From positions 1 to 64,000 of the IMG/VR virus record IMGVR_UViG_3300031951_000003: a DNA stretch of 64,000 bases. One strand, 5' to 3'. A model generated the notes under the pieces. It ran no database searches. It was not told the origin of the DNA and saw nothing but the letters and a program-made list of their open reading frames with translations. Each line of letters starts with the position of its first letter. Within the stretch, counting starts at the first letter, position 1. The position numbers and the translations under genes were made by a program. Shown here piece after piece: positions 9,486 through 20,100 of this stretch.

Positions 9486-12464
9486 TTAACAATTTATGCT
9501 TATGTTAATACATACGTTTAGTTTGACTGTTTCATTCATGTTTCTTGGTGTGCATGTCGAATTAGTTATTGATAAATTATTTCCATTTAGGAAATATGTA
9601 AACCCATAATCGTAGACTGCTGGTAGATATTGAATCAAAGCATTTCTCCAATTTGAATTTGTTGGAACATCCGTGAATCCATACCCTGTGTAGAAAGGTT
9701 GTTGTATAATTTTTTGTCCCGCAATTTCCAAATCAACATACCAATTTGTTTCAACTGAACTTTGAACACAATCGTTTAAGGTTAATACTTGTGCTTCGAG
9801 CATTATGTTTAGTCTATTTGCTAAAATCGATTGGAAGTTTGATACATTTGTATCACCATTTAACCAAGGATATATGTTGAAGTCAACATATTCTGTTTGA
9901 CATGTGTAATCAAAAATGTTTGTTATTATAAAACAAGGCTCAACTGGCACAGGAATTATTTCACAACCTCTTTGTCTTCTATAAACGTATTTTTGTCTGT
10001 GTAGTATTGAGTTTTCGAGTCTTGAACCTGTATTCCATATTGTGGTTGCAGGTATCATTTGCTCTACTAACTTCATCCACCACGGACCCAATCCGTTGAT
10101 GTAGTCGATTAGTTTTTGATACGTATATTTGTTGTTTGGTATACCCACTGTTTGTTCTGATTGGATATACTTCCACCAAACCGATTGAAGAGTTGGATAT
10201 CCTCCTGTTTTACCATCAGTGATATATTGTCTGTTTCTAGTATTAATCATATTCTCCCAAAAAGTTTGGTAGAATTCGAAGAATGTTTTCTTTTTTGGTT
10301 CGGGTTTGATAAAAGTTGAGTCGACTCCACCTGGAACTGGATATCCAATTGTCAGACCTGATTCAGGAATCGGGTAGTCGTATTTTCTTGAAGAAACCCA
10401 AACGTCGTAAACAAGTCCTTGTGAAGCATTCAAAAACAAATCTATGTTTTTAACATTCAATACGAGTTTTTCATTGTCCGCATAATAATAAGCGTTGAAA
10501 TTAGCATCCCTTGAAACTCTTATCTTGTCATCCTCTTCAAGCCACGACTTATTATTGTCAACAACTTTTTTAAGTTTGAATCCCTCGGTCATATAAGGAA
10601 AATCTCTGAACCTATCGAGATATTTTTGACCATATGTAAATGGTTGTAGTTGAGTTTGAATATCGTAGTTCTGACCTGTATAGATTTGTCCTGTAATTTG
10701 AACCTCATCTGGACTTCTATGTTGTGGTGTGCTTTCATACCAACCAGCACCCAATTGGAAGAAATAAGATTCCGTATTTACGGGAGCCTTAGGAAATCCT
10801 TGAGCGTCTATTGGATAATCATCTAGATTTATCTGAACATCTTGATAGGTGTCAACAGTTGTGAAGGCTGTAAAGGTTTTTCCTTTTATTTTATATGTAG
10901 AACCTGGTAGATAAGCCGGTGTGTTTTGAACATAAGTTCCACCTGTTATGGCCGCATATTGTGTGTCGAACTGTTCCATGTTGATTTTTTGGTCAGCCAA
11001 ATAGATGTGCTCGTTGAATTCTATTAACGACTCGGGTGCACCAATCAATCTCATCATAAACTCAACACTTCGTCTCGTTCCTTTTGATTTGAAAAGGTAT
11101 GCTGAGTTGAGAATCAAATTCCTATAAAATGCGTAGTTGATTTCAGTTGGTGTAAGGGCTCTCGCATAACCTGGATATGAAGGTGTTTGTGTATTTCCAA
11201 AAATCGAATCTAAAAAGTCCGTATCAGTAATAGGTGAAAAATTTGAACTCCATCCCAAGGTTTGAGATAGGTTAACTAACAATTGAGATGGGATGTCATT
11301 ACCAACATTATAATTTACAGAGTTCATAAACGCTAAAGCGTCGATGAAGTTTTTGACTTGGTCAAAACTTCTTCCGTAAATTTGAAAAATCTTTTCGGCT
11401 TTCCTTCCTAATGTATCAAATTCTTTCAATGAATCTGAAACAAAAAATCTTGAAATTAAATTTGTTTTATATGAATCAAGATTTACCGCAATTGTTTCCA
11501 ATTGTGTCAAATACTCTTCGAATAAGAAAGAACGAATATCTAAATTCCATGGACCGTCCTTAGGCCATGTTACAGATTGGTTGTTTGTATAAAACTGACC
11601 CCCTTCCGTTTGCTGTGGTATTTGGAACACAGCTGTGTATTCAGGTCTAACCAATCTATTCATCAGAAACTTTTCAACCTCATCCAAACTCTCAGCAAAA
11701 ATTCTGTCAACTATGAAATCATTCGGTCTTATTTGATACTCTTGAATACTTGTTGTTGCGGTTTGTCCAAAAGGTGCACCGGAAACAGTGAATTTGATTA
11801 TACCACTTGATAATGTTTGAGAGGGTGTAAATGAAATAACTTTGAAAATATCATCATTGATTGATACGCAGTAATCTAAGTAAGTATTGTAGAGATTCCT
11901 ATAAGGTGACACACCAATTTCTCTCATGTTTAGGTTTGTGGCCGCACTTACAGAATAATCAACGTCAAATGGGTTTTTGATTCTATTAACACTTACTTCA
12001 AAACTTGTTTCATCATAAATCGGGTCATACGCGACATTCTGTGCTGTAAATCCAGTTAGGAAATCATCGTTCAAAAATTGAATATCTAAAGAAGCAGGAA
12101 ATACACTTATAATATGAGTAATTGATACTTGAAATCTTTTTGATAGTGAACCATATAATGTGAAATTTGTAACCTGAGACAAATCATAGTTCGGGTAAAC
12201 CCTGAATTGAGTCGCTTGAATTCTTCTACTCTCAGCAAGTGTATCAACATCAAGATAATCCAAATCTATAGGCTCCGAAAAAGCACCAACATTAAATCTA
12301 CGATTCACTTTCTCCACAATAGAAGTTGTGAATTCGAAGTTACCTTGCGTGAGACCGCCCCCTTCAACTGTCTGCAATCCTACAATATTGTCAGAGAAGG
12401 TAGCCGCCCCACTTCCTGGTCTTGGCGGATAGAAAAATTTAGTTGTTCTTCTTGATGTCGCCAT
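9486..12464 (-). CDS. Baseplate wedge protein (P2 gpI / T4 gp7-like domain)
   Basis: 992 aa. Motif AYLFKSKGTRRSVEFMMRLIG resembles the Y..KGT..SI..L...G signature. Lies in the baseplate cluster. Confidence 0.6.
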   Translation of the reverse strand: MATSRRTTKFFYPPRPGSGAATFSDNIVGLQTVEGGGLTQGNFEFTTSIVEKVNRRFNVGAFSEPIDLDYLDVDTLAESRRIQATQFRVYPNYDLSQVTNFTLYGSLSKRFQVSITHIISVFPASLDIQFLNDDFLTGFTAQNVAYDPIYDETSFEVSVNRIKNPFDVDYSVSAATNLNMREIGVSPYRNLYNTYLDYCVSINDDIFKVISFTPSQTLSSGIIKFTVSGAPFGQTATTSIQEYQIRPNDFIVDRIFAESLDEVEKFLMNRLVRPEYTAVFQIPQQTEGGQFYTNNQSVTWPKDGPWNLDIRSFLFEEYLTQLETIAVNLDSYKTNLISRFFVSDSLKEFDTLGRKAEKIFQIYGRSFDQVKNFIDALAFMNSVNYNVGNDIPSQLLVNLSQTLGWSSNFSPITDTDFLDSIFGNTQTPSYPGYARALTPTEINYAFYRNLILNSAYLFKSKGTRRSVEFMMRLIGAPESLIEFNEHIYLADQKINMEQFDTQYAAITGGTYVQNTPAYLPGSTYKIKGKTFTAFTTVDTYQDVQINLDDYPIDAQGFPKAPVNTESYFFQLGAGWYESTPQHRSPDEVQITGQIYTGQNYDIQTQLQPFTYGQKYLDRFRDFPYMTEGFKLKKVVDNNKSWLEEDDKIRVSRDANFNAYYYADNEKLVLNVKNIDLFLNASQGLVYDVWVSSRKYDYPIPESGLTIGYPVPGGVDSTFIKPEPKKKTFFEFYQTFWENMINTRNRQYITDGKTGGYPTLQSVWWKYIQSEQTVGIPNNKYTYQKLIDYINGLGPWWMKLVEQMIPATTIWNTGSRLENSILHRQKYVYRRQRGCEIIPVPVEPCFIITNIFDYTCQTEYVDFNIYPWLNGDTNVSNFQSILANRLNIMLEAQVLTLNDCVQSSVETNWYVDLEIAGQKIIQQPFYTGYGFTDVPTNSNWRNALIQYLPAVYDYGFTYFLNGNNLSITNSTCTPRNMNETVKLNVCINISINC

Positions 12465-13372
12465 TAACTAGTAATTGATGTAAAATTCTTACTGAAATCA
12501 ATATTATCACCTCTGTTCTGTCTAACCTCATATAATAATGCATTGAATTGGTCTCTAATTTCATACAAGTTATACTGTCTGTAAATGTTATTTTGACTAT
12601 CATAGATGGTGTAGATTCCATCGTCGATAGATTTGGTTTGATTACCATAAAGTGCAATTGCAAGAGATGATATATCGTATTCGACCATTTCAATTTCAAC
12701 AGTTACAGGATTGAAAAAGGTGTTTGTTATTATTATTCCTTGGTCAGGTTGTCCAATATACGGTGTTGCATTTGGTCTGTTTGTTGGTGATGAAGATGGT
12801 GATACCGTCAGGAATAACAAGTTAGAATTGTTATCAACGTATCTATATCTGATTGACTTTTGAGATGTATTAACCTCATTTGCAACCACCGCCTCACAGT
12901 AGAAACAAGAAGTTACAACTCTGAAGAAGTTTGGAATCTTCGAACCATCAGGATTAAGATATTCGATTCTGAATCCCACCAACCCTTGTGGAACAAATTT
13001 GTTAAGGAATTGTGGGTCAACGTTGTTTAAGTCAATCACAAGTCCTTTGACATTAGGTAATGCACTTAAAACACCACAATCTGTGATTATTGTTCTTATC
13101 TGAGCTGGTCTCAAATATAGAGTATAGATTCCCAAAGCATTGAACTGATTTGCAGGAAGAGTTAGATTATATAATCCTCCTATTACTTCAACCCCTGAGT
13201 TTCCTCCTGTTTCAGTGTTTTCGAAATATGGTCTCAATATTGTTTGAGCATCGAGTTTACTTAAAACGAAGTTATCTGTGGCGTCTCTTGTCGGGGTATA
13301 ATTCATTATGATTTCAACATCTTCTGGTGAAACATCTGAAGGTCTTATCGTGCCATATGAGCCAATTGCCAT
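12464..13372 (-). CDS. Hypothetical virion structural protein
   Basis: 302-aa ORF in the baseplate cluster. TATTTAT 16 nt upstream. Confidence 0.7.
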   Translation of the reverse strand: MAIGSYGTIRPSDVSPEDVEIIMNYTPTRDATDNFVLSKLDAQTILRPYFENTETGGNSGVEVIGGLYNLTLPANQFNALGIYTLYLRPAQIRTIITDCGVLSALPNVKGLVIDLNNVDPQFLNKFVPQGLVGFRIEYLNPDGSKIPNFFRVVTSCFYCEAVVANEVNTSQKSIRYRYVDNNSNLLFLTVSPSSSPTNRPNATPYIGQPDQGIIITNTFFNPVTVEIEMVEYDISSLAIALYGNQTKSIDDGIYTIYDSQNNIYRQYNLYEIRDQFNALLYEVRQNRGDNIDFSKNFTSITS

Positions 13373-13388
13373 ATAAAATTATTTTTCT

Positions 13389-13395
13389 ATAAATA
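13389..13395 (-). promoter_or_regulatory. TATTTAT upstream element
   Basis: 16 nt before ATG 13372. Confidence 0.65.
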
Positions 13396-13397
13396 GT

Positions 13398-14504
13398 TTA
13401 TGTATCTTTTTTAATGACATTAAAAAAACCATAACCATAGTTTATCATGTCACCCAAGTTGTCCACCTCACCAAGTCTTTGGACCCTTTCGTAAGCACTG
13501 TTCTTCCCTCTCTCAACAAATACGTTTGTTTGAATCTGAGGTTGGTCCATTACTTTAAGCAAAGTTTCATTTTTTGTTATCGGCACCGCGGTTATGTTAT
13601 ATTCGGTTAAACCAGATGATGGTTGATAGAAAATTGTAGTTCCATCTCCATAGTCAATATAGTTGGTGTCTTGGATAGTGTAAGCAGTAAAACCATTTCC
13701 AACATTAGTAATTGAACCCCACAGCACCCCATTATTTATGATTGGTAAATTGATTCTTTGATTAATTGTTAAATTACCGTAAGGTTTCAATTCTGTGATT
13801 CTAGACCTACTTACCCCTGACACCGTAAACGGAATTGTTATATATTTCGAACTCACTTGGTCTTGAACATTGTTTTCTGCATCACCTGAAAATATATAAT
13901 CATATGAAACAGGGGTTCCAATCCAATTACCAAATGATGGTGCAAAGAAACATTCACCTTGTGGATTGAATATTGTTACTTTACTGTAAGGAACTGAAAT
14001 TGTTTTAGTGACAGTTGTTACACCCCAAGGGTTGATTTGTTCCAACGTGATTTTGTAATCTTTTGTAGTTCCAACTGGCGGAGTGGGATATGTATGGTTT
14101 ATTGAATTGGGTGCATAATTTGTAATTGATTGTTTTGGTGAATTATCACCCCAATCGACTCTGTAGGCAGAGAGCTGCAAGAAATTTTGGAATTGGTCCG
14201 AAGTATTATAAACATAATATGTCATTGGACTTCCAGTAGTTGCTGAGAACAAAAAATTCGCCACAACATCTTTCTGTAATACCGCTCCGTCAAAAGGACT
14301 ATAATAGCCACAATCAACCGCACTTTGTCTAAGTAATATCGGAACCGACACCTCCTTCAATAACGAGGACCCACCAGGTCCTGAACTCACAACCTTGGTC
14401 ATTGCAGAATATACACCGACTGAAGTATTATTGTAATTTACAACAGCAATATCCCCTTTTACGGTCTCAGGTGAAATAATAACCTTATAGTAATCTTGAC
14501 TCAT
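13398..14504 (-). CDS. Hypothetical structural protein with a PKD-like Ig domain
   Basis: 368 aa. YRVDWGDNSP...INHTY resembles the PKD W.FGDG...HTY motif. ATGA overlap with the upstream gene. Confidence 0.6.
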   Translation of the reverse strand: MSQDYYKVIISPETVKGDIAVVNYNNTSVGVYSAMTKVVSSGPGGSSLLKEVSVPILLRQSAVDCGYYSPFDGAVLQKDVVANFLFSATTGSPMTYYVYNTSDQFQNFLQLSAYRVDWGDNSPKQSITNYAPNSINHTYPTPPVGTTKDYKITLEQINPWGVTTVTKTISVPYSKVTIFNPQGECFFAPSFGNWIGTPVSYDYIFSGDAENNVQDQVSSKYITIPFTVSGVSRSRITELKPYGNLTINQRINLPIINNGVLWGSITNVGNGFTAYTIQDTNYIDYGDGTTIFYQPSSGLTEYNITAVPITKNETLLKVMDQPQIQTNVFVERGKNSAYERVQRLGEVDNLGDMINYGYGFFNVIKKDT

Positions 14505-15433
14505 GGATTTATATATTCAAACCATTTTATGGGTATACTTGTTCCCAATCTTTGTCCAGCAGTATTATACACCTGATATGTTTGTGTTGGATAATCTATT
14601 TGAACTGTGTAATAAAAATATTGTGTGTTGTCGAATGTATTTCTTTCTCCTACCGACATACATGACTGTGGTCCCAAGGTTCTATCAACATTAAATGGAG
14701 TTGGCCATTGTTGTTGACAAGGAGGAGTCGAACTTTGAGGGTCCCATCCTCTACCTGTCATCATTTTGGTAAATTGACCAGTTCCTGCGTTATAAAACTT
14801 GGCTGACATATAGAATGTTGATATGTTCAAAAATTCTCTTTTCTTTAACCAGTAGATAAAGAAACCCTCTTTGTCTCCGATGAAATCCAAAATAAACTTT
14901 GGTTTCTTTACTGAGACTGTGGCTCTTTGCATTCGAGTGTCCATCTTCAGACCTTGTTGGGTTGGTATGATGATTGTTAGGTAGTTTGTTTGTCTTTTTT
15001 CATCAGGAGTGTCATAAAGGTCCAACTTAAAAAACGAGTTCGTAAATGAGTTATTATAGTAGTATAAGTCTTGAGGTGTAAATCCTTCTCCTAAGTAGTT
15101 AATCTGCCAATTATTCAAATCATTAATCGAACCACCTGAATAAAAATAAAATTCATAATTACATACAGTAGAGTCTGAACCTCCAACTATATTTGATTGA
15201 GTTACTTGGCCCGTCGTTGGATTGATAAAGATTGAGGGGCTGTTATGTGGGGCGTGACTAAATCTTGTTACCTCAAAGTCTCTACCATCACCAATAACCT
15301 CTTTAACTATTTGAGTTTCATATTCATCAATAGAGTCATCCAAACCCAAATAATCCCAAGTCATCTGAATCGGAATATTAATTTGTTTGGATATTCCCCC
15401 CTCTCTTAAAATTTGAAATTTATTCACATCCAT
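14501..15433 (-). CDS. Hypothetical structural protein
   Basis: 310-aa ORF overlapping both neighbours in the operon. Confidence 0.7.
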   Translation of the reverse strand: MDVNKFQILREGGISKQINIPIQMTWDYLGLDDSIDEYETQIVKEVIGDGRDFEVTRFSHAPHNSPSIFINPTTGQVTQSNIVGGSDSTVCNYEFYFYSGGSINDLNNWQINYLGEGFTPQDLYYYNNSFTNSFFKLDLYDTPDEKRQTNYLTIIIPTQQGLKMDTRMQRATVSVKKPKFILDFIGDKEGFFIYWLKKREFLNISTFYMSAKFYNAGTGQFTKMMTGRGWDPQSSTPPCQQQWPTPFNVDRTLGPQSCMSVGERNTFDNTQYFYYTVQIDYPTQTYQVYNTAGQRLGTSIPIKWFEYINP

Positions 15434-17114
15434 CTATCAAAGGTTTAATTGGTTCATCTACACCTAAAATAGATTCATTGTAATCTATTCCCTCAGGTAT
15501 TAATCTAAATACGGCAGATACAAAAGGGTAATGCGCCGTGTTAAAGAAAGGATAATCCACACCCCTGTTTGAACTATCTTTGAATCCATATGTGTATAGG
15601 TCTCTCCATCTGAATTCTCTGTCTTGGGTAGAATAAAAAGCCCAGCTTGGTATATTCTCAATCGCGTCGACATTTCCTGTTTCGATGTAATCTGAAAATA
15701 TTCTTATGGTCATAGGGATATGTGGCTCATAGTAAAAACCAGGTGAGTTCGTATTACTGTTATTTGTTGTTTGAAACACACTTTGATTGTATTTTATTTT
15801 TTGATAGTATTTTGATATGACCCTTTCGATTTGTTCATAATCATTCCACTCACAAAAATCACCATCAATAACATCTGCTCTTTTCAAGTCTAAATTATAA
15901 GTGAATGTCTTTGTTACACCACTTGTCAAAGTATATGCTGATGTTTGAATAGATGAGTTTGACTGTGTGTTATTCAAATCCCACCACGGATTAATATTTT
16001 TTGAAAGATTGAATTCCCATCCCTGTTTTATTCCGACACCATTATTAGGCTGATTGAAATAACCTGAATAACCTTTATTTATCACAGTTAGATTAATCTC
16101 GTTTAACGGTCTACCGTTGTTATCTTTTAGGGAAGCGAAATCCAAATCGTATGCGGACGTGAACGAATAAGCGTTACTACTTGTCTTCTGAGAAACCCTC
16201 GTGACTTTATTGGGAGTAATCGAACTGTATTCAAATTTTCTTTCTTCACCAAAAACATTTTTTTCAAAACCAGCTTTTGTTACAATGATATCGTCCAAAT
16301 TTGTCACAACCTTTAGTTTTTTGATGTAGTATTTCGATTTAGTCTCATTAAGATTATCTGGATTGATAACTCTTTTAAAAGTTCCTCTAGTTCCGTTGTT
16401 GAAAGTAGAGCCAGTGTATCCAACATTTAAAACATTGAAGATATAAGGGTCAGATTCAACTAATCCGTTACCTAAAGAATATACTTGGAAAATCTTTTCA
16501 TTCCTATATGTGAGTGATAGTTCGACATATTCATTAGGTAAAACTCCATGAGGAGCAATACATCTAAAACTTATTATGTTGTCACCATTTTGTTGTGAGT
16601 TAAATATTTCAAATGGAATTCCGTCTCCTGCAACCCAATTGATTGGTGTGTTATTAGAATAATATGTTAATTGTTTATTATATTGGTTTTCGTAAGGATA
16701 TGTTAGATAATATGTCCAATTGTAGGTATAAGCACTTTTAGATTTATATGGAAAATGTTGGTCTTTAACATCGGGTCTGTAGAAATCAAACTCATAAAAC
16801 TGAGGGAATCCTTTCCAAATTGTGCTGACCGTTGAAACCTCAGGGTTTACATAAAACAGATTATTTCTAAATGGAATGTATTCAGTTGTTCCTGTATAAG
16901 TGTTGGAATACAAATAACTAAGTTTGAATGTCGGTCTGAAGACTGTAGATTCCTGTCTCTCATCGTCATAAACCTGAGCTAAACTTATTGTTTGACTTCT
17001 ATCATATTCAGTAATTTCTTGTTGTTTTTCTTGTAAGGTCAAGGTGATTTCCTGGTCAACAAAAGGAGCACTTTGGAAAGTCAGACTACTCGGTATAATT
17101 TTATAGTTATTCAT
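15420..17114 (-). CDS. Hypothetical structural protein
   Basis: The ATG at 17114 (MNNYKII) overlaps the upstream stop and is preferred over the track start at 17162. Confidence 0.7.
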   Translation of the reverse strand: MNNYKIIPSSLTFQSAPFVDQEITLTLQEKQQEITEYDRSQTISLAQVYDDERQESTVFRPTFKLSYLYSNTYTGTTEYIPFRNNLFYVNPEVSTVSTIWKGFPQFYEFDFYRPDVKDQHFPYKSKSAYTYNWTYYLTYPYENQYNKQLTYYSNNTPINWVAGDGIPFEIFNSQQNGDNIISFRCIAPHGVLPNEYVELSLTYRNEKIFQVYSLGNGLVESDPYIFNVLNVGYTGSTFNNGTRGTFKRVINPDNLNETKSKYYIKKLKVVTNLDDIIVTKAGFEKNVFGEERKFEYSSITPNKVTRVSQKTSSNAYSFTSAYDLDFASLKDNNGRPLNEINLTVINKGYSGYFNQPNNGVGIKQGWEFNLSKNINPWWDLNNTQSNSSIQTSAYTLTSGVTKTFTYNLDLKRADVIDGDFCEWNDYEQIERVISKYYQKIKYNQSVFQTTNNSNTNSPGFYYEPHIPMTIRIFSDYIETGNVDAIENIPSWAFYSTQDREFRWRDLYTYGFKDSSNRGVDYPFFNTAHYPFVSAVFRLIPEGIDYNESILGVDEPIKPLIDGCE

Positions 17115-20100
17115 CTGCACTATATTTTGTCTTAAATTTATCCAAAGCAGACGCACCTGCAACTAATCCAAAGTAAAACTGGTTTGGAGCACCAATCATA
17201 AAATTGTTTGTCCAAGTTCCAGCCGTTGCAGAATATTGTTGGTTTTGGTTAACAGCAAAAATATAACCTCTTTGATATATGTCACTTACGTTGTTGTATG
17301 AACCACTGAAATAAGATGGTGCATTCGTAAATCTTCTACTCAAAGATTGATATTCGTAAGAGATAATACCATCTGATATGTTCGTTTTCCAATTATTTTT
17401 TTCAGTTCCAAAAATTGAATTACCGCCTTCTAAACCCCACTGATAAAAAGGAACTCTTTGTGATTTAATACCGAAAGGATATGTCAGTGCATTTGCGTTA
17501 GATGCTGGTCTGAAGTTAATAACCCCTGGTGAAATATAGTCTTTTATCTGTAAATCTGCAGTTGAGGATGAGAAGAATATTCCCATAACATTATTACCTG
17601 CGGTTTGTAAAACTACAACAGCATTGTTCGGGTCATTTGCATCAAAAGGATAAAATTCTGTGCTGAAAGGAACTATTCCAATTTCACTATTAATTGACAT
17701 CATTTGAACCAAGTCGGCATCCACCCTATTCTTAGGTTGAATAATTCCAACTGTCGATGACCTCGTGAATAAACTATTGATTGAGTTATCTCTCAATCCC
17801 AACATTTGTTGTAAGAAAGTCGCACTCGTGATTCTAGAAAGAACAAATAGGTTTACAATATCTGATGTGTCGGAGTAACTTGTAGGATTCAGATTTGACA
17901 TCACATAAGCCTTTGCGGATGCCTCCATTATAATTTCTTGGTAAAACGAATCCTTCATACCCAAATTTATGATTGTTGTTGGAAATAAAAGATTTCTCGA
18001 ATTAATTGAATATTGTGGCCCTAATGTATTTGCGGGGGAACCTATAAATCTCGAAGATGTTGAACCACTTAAAAATGGACTACTTCTAAAATAAAAATTG
18101 TTTGTATCACTATCAAAATAAGTTAACCTTGAAGGATACTTTGGTGCCAAAGGTTTATTGTTCAAATCAAAAAATACATCTATTTGGATTGGGAACATAA
18201 ATAAAGAACCGTTTATCCAATTATTCGTAAATGATTGAGACAAAACCCCTCTACACAAACCATAGTTAAATCGGAATCTATATGCCCACTCATTAAAATT
18301 TCTAATATCTTTTCCAATATCCAAAAGTGGTCTTCGTAAGAACTGGTAACATCCGCTTACTACTGCATCAGTTTCAGTGCATCCTGTATTCACTTTAAAT
18401 GTCGTTCCATTTCCCTCGTAACATTTGAGTGAAACTATTTGTGAACAAAGATTTAATGTATCTATAACGTTGGTGTAACTGTATTGTCCTACAATATCTG
18501 CGGTTGTTATGTCCGCACCTGTGCTGTAAGCATCCACTGAAATTGCACCTTCACCATACGCAGAGATTTGATAAATTGCAAAACCAATGTTTTGTTGTAA
18601 CAAAGCGGGATTCAATGTCCAAGTTCCACCATCCAAGTTATCTGAAGAGGGTAATCTGTCGGTTCTCATCACATTTAGAGTGTTAGTGGAAATATTCATT
18701 GGATTACCTGTAAATGATGGTAAGAACACATTTGTGTAATAGGTTATTTCTACATCTTTGGGTCTCCTTCCAGATTCTTGAACATAAAAGAAAGCTGCAC
18801 CAGAAATATCTTCAGCTGTATTATATTTTCCAACACGTTGTGAAGGTGTTGTTACAATAGATGAGTATGCACCATTATATGGGCTAGAAACGACTCCGTT
18901 TGAAAAATCTAATGAACCAGATGGATTAGTTGTTCTATCCAAACTACTATAATATCCCACGTTGAAAGTTGTGAATGCTGACCACTGTTTTCCTATTTCA
19001 GTCGTGTTATTTATACCACCCCTGAAGAAATGAGATGGGTAAAATATTTCAGATTGACCATTTTGTGTGAATGGTTGAACGCTCATTATATTGGAATTAA
19101 GTTTCTGGATTGGAATATTAAGTCTTGTTTCTGCGGTCAAGGTTAATGCATCAGGGTCATTGAAACCAAAAAGAACTCCTAAACCGTATTTGTTCACGTA
19201 GGTTGGTGAATACGGGTCAACACCTCTTTGTAAGATTGTGATATACTGATTTCCATAATCTTGGAAAATTTGTGAATAAGGAATTTCGTTGGTGTAATAT
19301 CCGTTGAGCCAACCAGTGTTGATACAAATACCAAGAATTTTAATGTGTTTCTGATTATTTCCAATAATAACCGTCCCTGAATTTACAATTTGCGGTAAAG
19401 ATTCATCTGGAGCTCCACCAAATAAGTTTATCGCTTGATTTATTGTTAGTGCAGTAATTACTTGATAATATTCGATATCCGCCGGATATGTATACCCCGT
19501 TATCTCGGAACCTCTATTTAATTGGTAGGTTGTTGTGAGGTTACTATAAGGGTTGTTAGGGTCACAATATCCCACATTATATGTTGATGGACCAGGATTA
19601 AGAGCCTGTCCATAAATACCACTTGTTTGTGGTGTATTTCCTGTGAAATTAAAGTTAACGTCGGTTGTATCTAAGGGGTTAACAAAACTTAACAATGTGC
19701 CAGTTTCAAGTTTGTCTGACAAAAAGATTGTAAGTGTATTATCCAAGTGATTAACCAAATTATTTGGTGAATTAAATGTAACTTTGATACGATTAACACC
19801 ATCAAAATATTTTTTTCTCGTGTTAAAAATATTAACTCTTTCACCTAAGGGGAGATAATTTGAGTAAGCGAAAAAATCAACAGGACAACCATCTATAAAA
19901 ATACTACCATCATCCCCTGAATCCATAACCTTGTATGAGTTTCTACTGAATGGGTCACCGTCATTTCCACCCGCAGCACTTGCGAATGCAAGTGCCACCG
20001 CATCTCTACTATCCTCATCGAACGACTGAACATAAGGGCTTGCTAATAATTTTTCATAATATTGAATTGAATCTGAGAATCTTGAGAGTAATCCACTTTG

